A DNA stretch of 32,000 nucleotides. Source: Candidatus Heimdallarchaeota archaeon (GTDB lineage Archaea; Asgardarchaeota; Heimdallarchaeia; Heimdallarchaeales; Heimdallarchaeaceae). The notes below the pieces were generated by a model. That model was not told the DNA's origin. It saw only the letters and a program-made list of their open reading frames with translations, and did not search any database. This document shows, piece by piece, positions 30,429-32,000 of this stretch. Each line of letters opens with the position of its first letter. The first letter of the stretch is position 1. The DNA lies in assembly GCA_016840095.1 (NCBI GenBank), contig JAEOSZ010000102.1, positions 1,408 to 33,407 of the forward strand, in the 5' to 3' direction. A program made the translations under genes and the position numbers.

Positions 30429-30884
30429 CTAATCCTCATGCTGTATATTTTCACCTATACTAAACAAGAAAACCATCGAAGTTTTAGGGCCCATTCGTTC
30501 AAATTTCTTTGCAAATTCTTTCTTAACATACTTATAATTCTCAGAAGTATCCAAAGTATCCATGTAATCTCGGAATGAACCATATTCTTCTTTGATTTCT
30601 GAAAAAACTATTGCATTGACAATTACAGCTTCAATCTTAGCTCGATTTCTAATGATGCTGGAATCTTTTAGCAATTTTTCAATATCATCTTCATCAAACT
30701 TACTAACAGTTTCAATATCAAAATCTTTGAAAGCTTCTTTGAAATTAGGCCATTTATCAGCAATCATCTGCCAACTTAAACCTGCTTGGAAAACGCATCT
30801 AGCCATGTTTTCAAAATGAGCATTATCATTGGGAGGAGTTGAATCTCTGAAAAACCAACCAGTGCGAGAATTTTCTTCAGGCAT
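30429..30884 (-). CDS. DNA-3-methyladenine glycosylase I (Tag)-like protein, short form
   Basis: FENMARCVFQAGLSWQMI...FDIETVSKFDEDDIEKLLKDSSIIRNRAKIEAVIVNA parallels, from memory, E. coli Tag LFEMICLEGQQAGLSW...FDPVKVAAMQEEDVERLVQDAGIIRHRGKIQAIIGNA. Confidence 0.7.
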   Translation of the reverse strand: MPEENSRTGWFFRDSTPPNDNAHFENMARCVFQAGLSWQMIADKWPNFKEAFKDFDIETVSKFDEDDIEKLLKDSSIIRNRAKIEAVIVNAIVFSEIKEEYGSFRDYMDTLDTSENYKYVKKEFAKKFERMGPKTSMVFLFSIGENIQHED

Positions 30885-30978
30885 AGTTTATTAGTTGATA
30901 AATGTCTTTATTATTTTATCTGTAATATATCAAATTCCAAGTGAATGATTAGTGAGTAATAGAAAATACTATTCCTTT

Positions 30979-31809
30979 TTAGAGATGACTCATTAACCAA
31001 GATTCTAAATCGGAAAGCACTTGCACTCGGTCTTCTTCTAATTCGTTGTAAACTTCATGGAACAATCCATCATATATCTTCAGGGTCTTATCCTCGGAAT
31101 TTATAATAGAATAAAGGTTTTTAGCTCCTCCAGCTATTGGATCTTTTTCTCCAACTTGTATGAGAACAGGTAAATTTATCTTTACTGTCTCTTTATGCAT
31201 TTGTTTGAATGCCTGCAACATTTCTTTGCCAAATTTAAAGGAAAGGTCTTTCAAAACAAGAGGATCGTTTTTGTAGTTTTCAACAACTTGTGGGTCTCGA
31301 GAGATATCCTCTGAAATAGGATTTTTAGTTCTTCTTTTTGGAAAAATTCTTGAAAGTACTTTAATCAATAGTATCATAAAAACTTGTTTTCCTTTTCTTG
31401 TTACTATACCAGTACCAGATAATATCAAACCGCTAAATTCTTCAGGAAATTGTGATAAATAAGTTACAGATATCAACGAACCCATTGAATGCCCAAGTAA
31501 GAAAAGAGGTAAATCTTTCTCCTGTGTACGTATGTGTTCTGTAAGCTCTTTCTCATCACTGATAAAATCTCCAAATGAATTGATATGTCCTTTTTCCCCT
31601 CCAGACCGACCATGAGCACGATGATCATCAGCAAAAATAATAAAACCTTTGGGTACCAAGGCATTAACAACATTCATATAACGAGAACCATGTTCAGCAA
31701 ATCCATGAACAATCTGTATGATACCTTTAGGTGTGACTTCTGGATGCCAGCTTTGATAAAATAGATTTATACCATCTTCAGTTTTAATCATTCCTTCATG
31801 ATGTTTCAT
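30979..31809 (-). CDS. Alpha/beta hydrolase (lysophospholipase / monoacylglycerol-lipase-like)
   Basis: HGFAEHGSRY oxyanion region, nucleophile elbow GHSMGS, acid GEKDPI, and His in GLFHEV. Confidence 0.75.
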   Translation of the reverse strand: MKHHEGMIKTEDGINLFYQSWHPEVTPKGIIQIVHGFAEHGSRYMNVVNALVPKGFIIFADDHRAHGRSGGEKGHINSFGDFISDEKELTEHIRTQEKDLPLFLLGHSMGSLISVTYLSQFPEEFSGLILSGTGIVTRKGKQVFMILLIKVLSRIFPKRRTKNPISEDISRDPQVVENYKNDPLVLKDLSFKFGKEMLQAFKQMHKETVKINLPVLIQVGEKDPIAGGAKNLYSIINSEDKTLKIYDGLFHEVYNELEEDRVQVLSDLESWLMSHL

Positions 31810-31911
31810 TGTGCAATCACTTTGCTTTATATCTCCTTTAGTATCTATTTTTGATTTTAATATTTGTATATATCCAATTTTTAGAACAAAAATGCAAATT
31901 TTTAAACGGTA

Positions 31912-32000
31912 TTATTCTATCTCTAAAAACAAAGTTTTTACTACTCTTCCAAGAAGGATGCCCTTACGAAAAGGTAACCTTGCTGCAAAGACAATATTTA
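31912..32000 (-). CDS. Possible 3' end of a CDS that begins beyond the window edge
   Basis: Only one minus-strand frame is open from the window edge (..NIVFAARLPFRKGILLGRVVKTLFLEIE*), with its stop at 31912-31914. It is too short to judge. Confidence 0.2.
   Translation of the reverse strand, partial: NIVFAARLPFRKGILLGRVVKTLFLEIE

Overview
Visibly AT-rich, gene-dense prokaryotic window that reads as archaeal: an RPA32-like OB-fold plus winged-helix protein, an archaeal/eukaryal-type MtaB (CDKAL1-like) methylthiotransferase, TATA-like boxes, and GGAGG/GAGGT ribosome-binding motifs. I cannot place it more finely without a database. The main content is a group-4, complex-I-like [NiFe]-hydrogenase system split into two blocks about 16.5 kb apart. 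Block 1 (1-7854) holds hycI (partial), an unknown Cys-rich ORF, hypD, hypC, a second unknown ORF, and the soluble module (NuoC-like, large subunit, 2x[4Fe-4S] ferredoxin, NuoB-like small subunit). Block 2 (20737-29927) holds hypE and hypF followed by a translationally coupled membrane module (NuoH-, NuoA-, NuoJ-, NuoK-, NuoL-, NuoM/N-like). Between the blocks lie housekeeping and accessory genes: a kinase-like protein plus an MFS transporter, a disordered acidic protein, a Cys-rich wHTH regulator divergent from thioredoxin, gyrB-gyrA, the MtaB-like enzyme, the RPA32-like protein, YccF, and tRNA-Ser(GCU). The most unusual element is a GC-rich 180-nt island (20261-20440, minus strand). It carries clear 5S rRNA motifs, but the 3' two-thirds come before the 5' third. 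The canonical ends are capped by a hairpin and the new ends are paired in a 10-bp helix with a bulge-helix-bulge-like junction, which makes it a candidate circularly permuted 5S rRNA gene. I saw no CRISPR arrays, transposases or integrases. All family calls rest on motifs recognised by eye and from memory; no searches were run.
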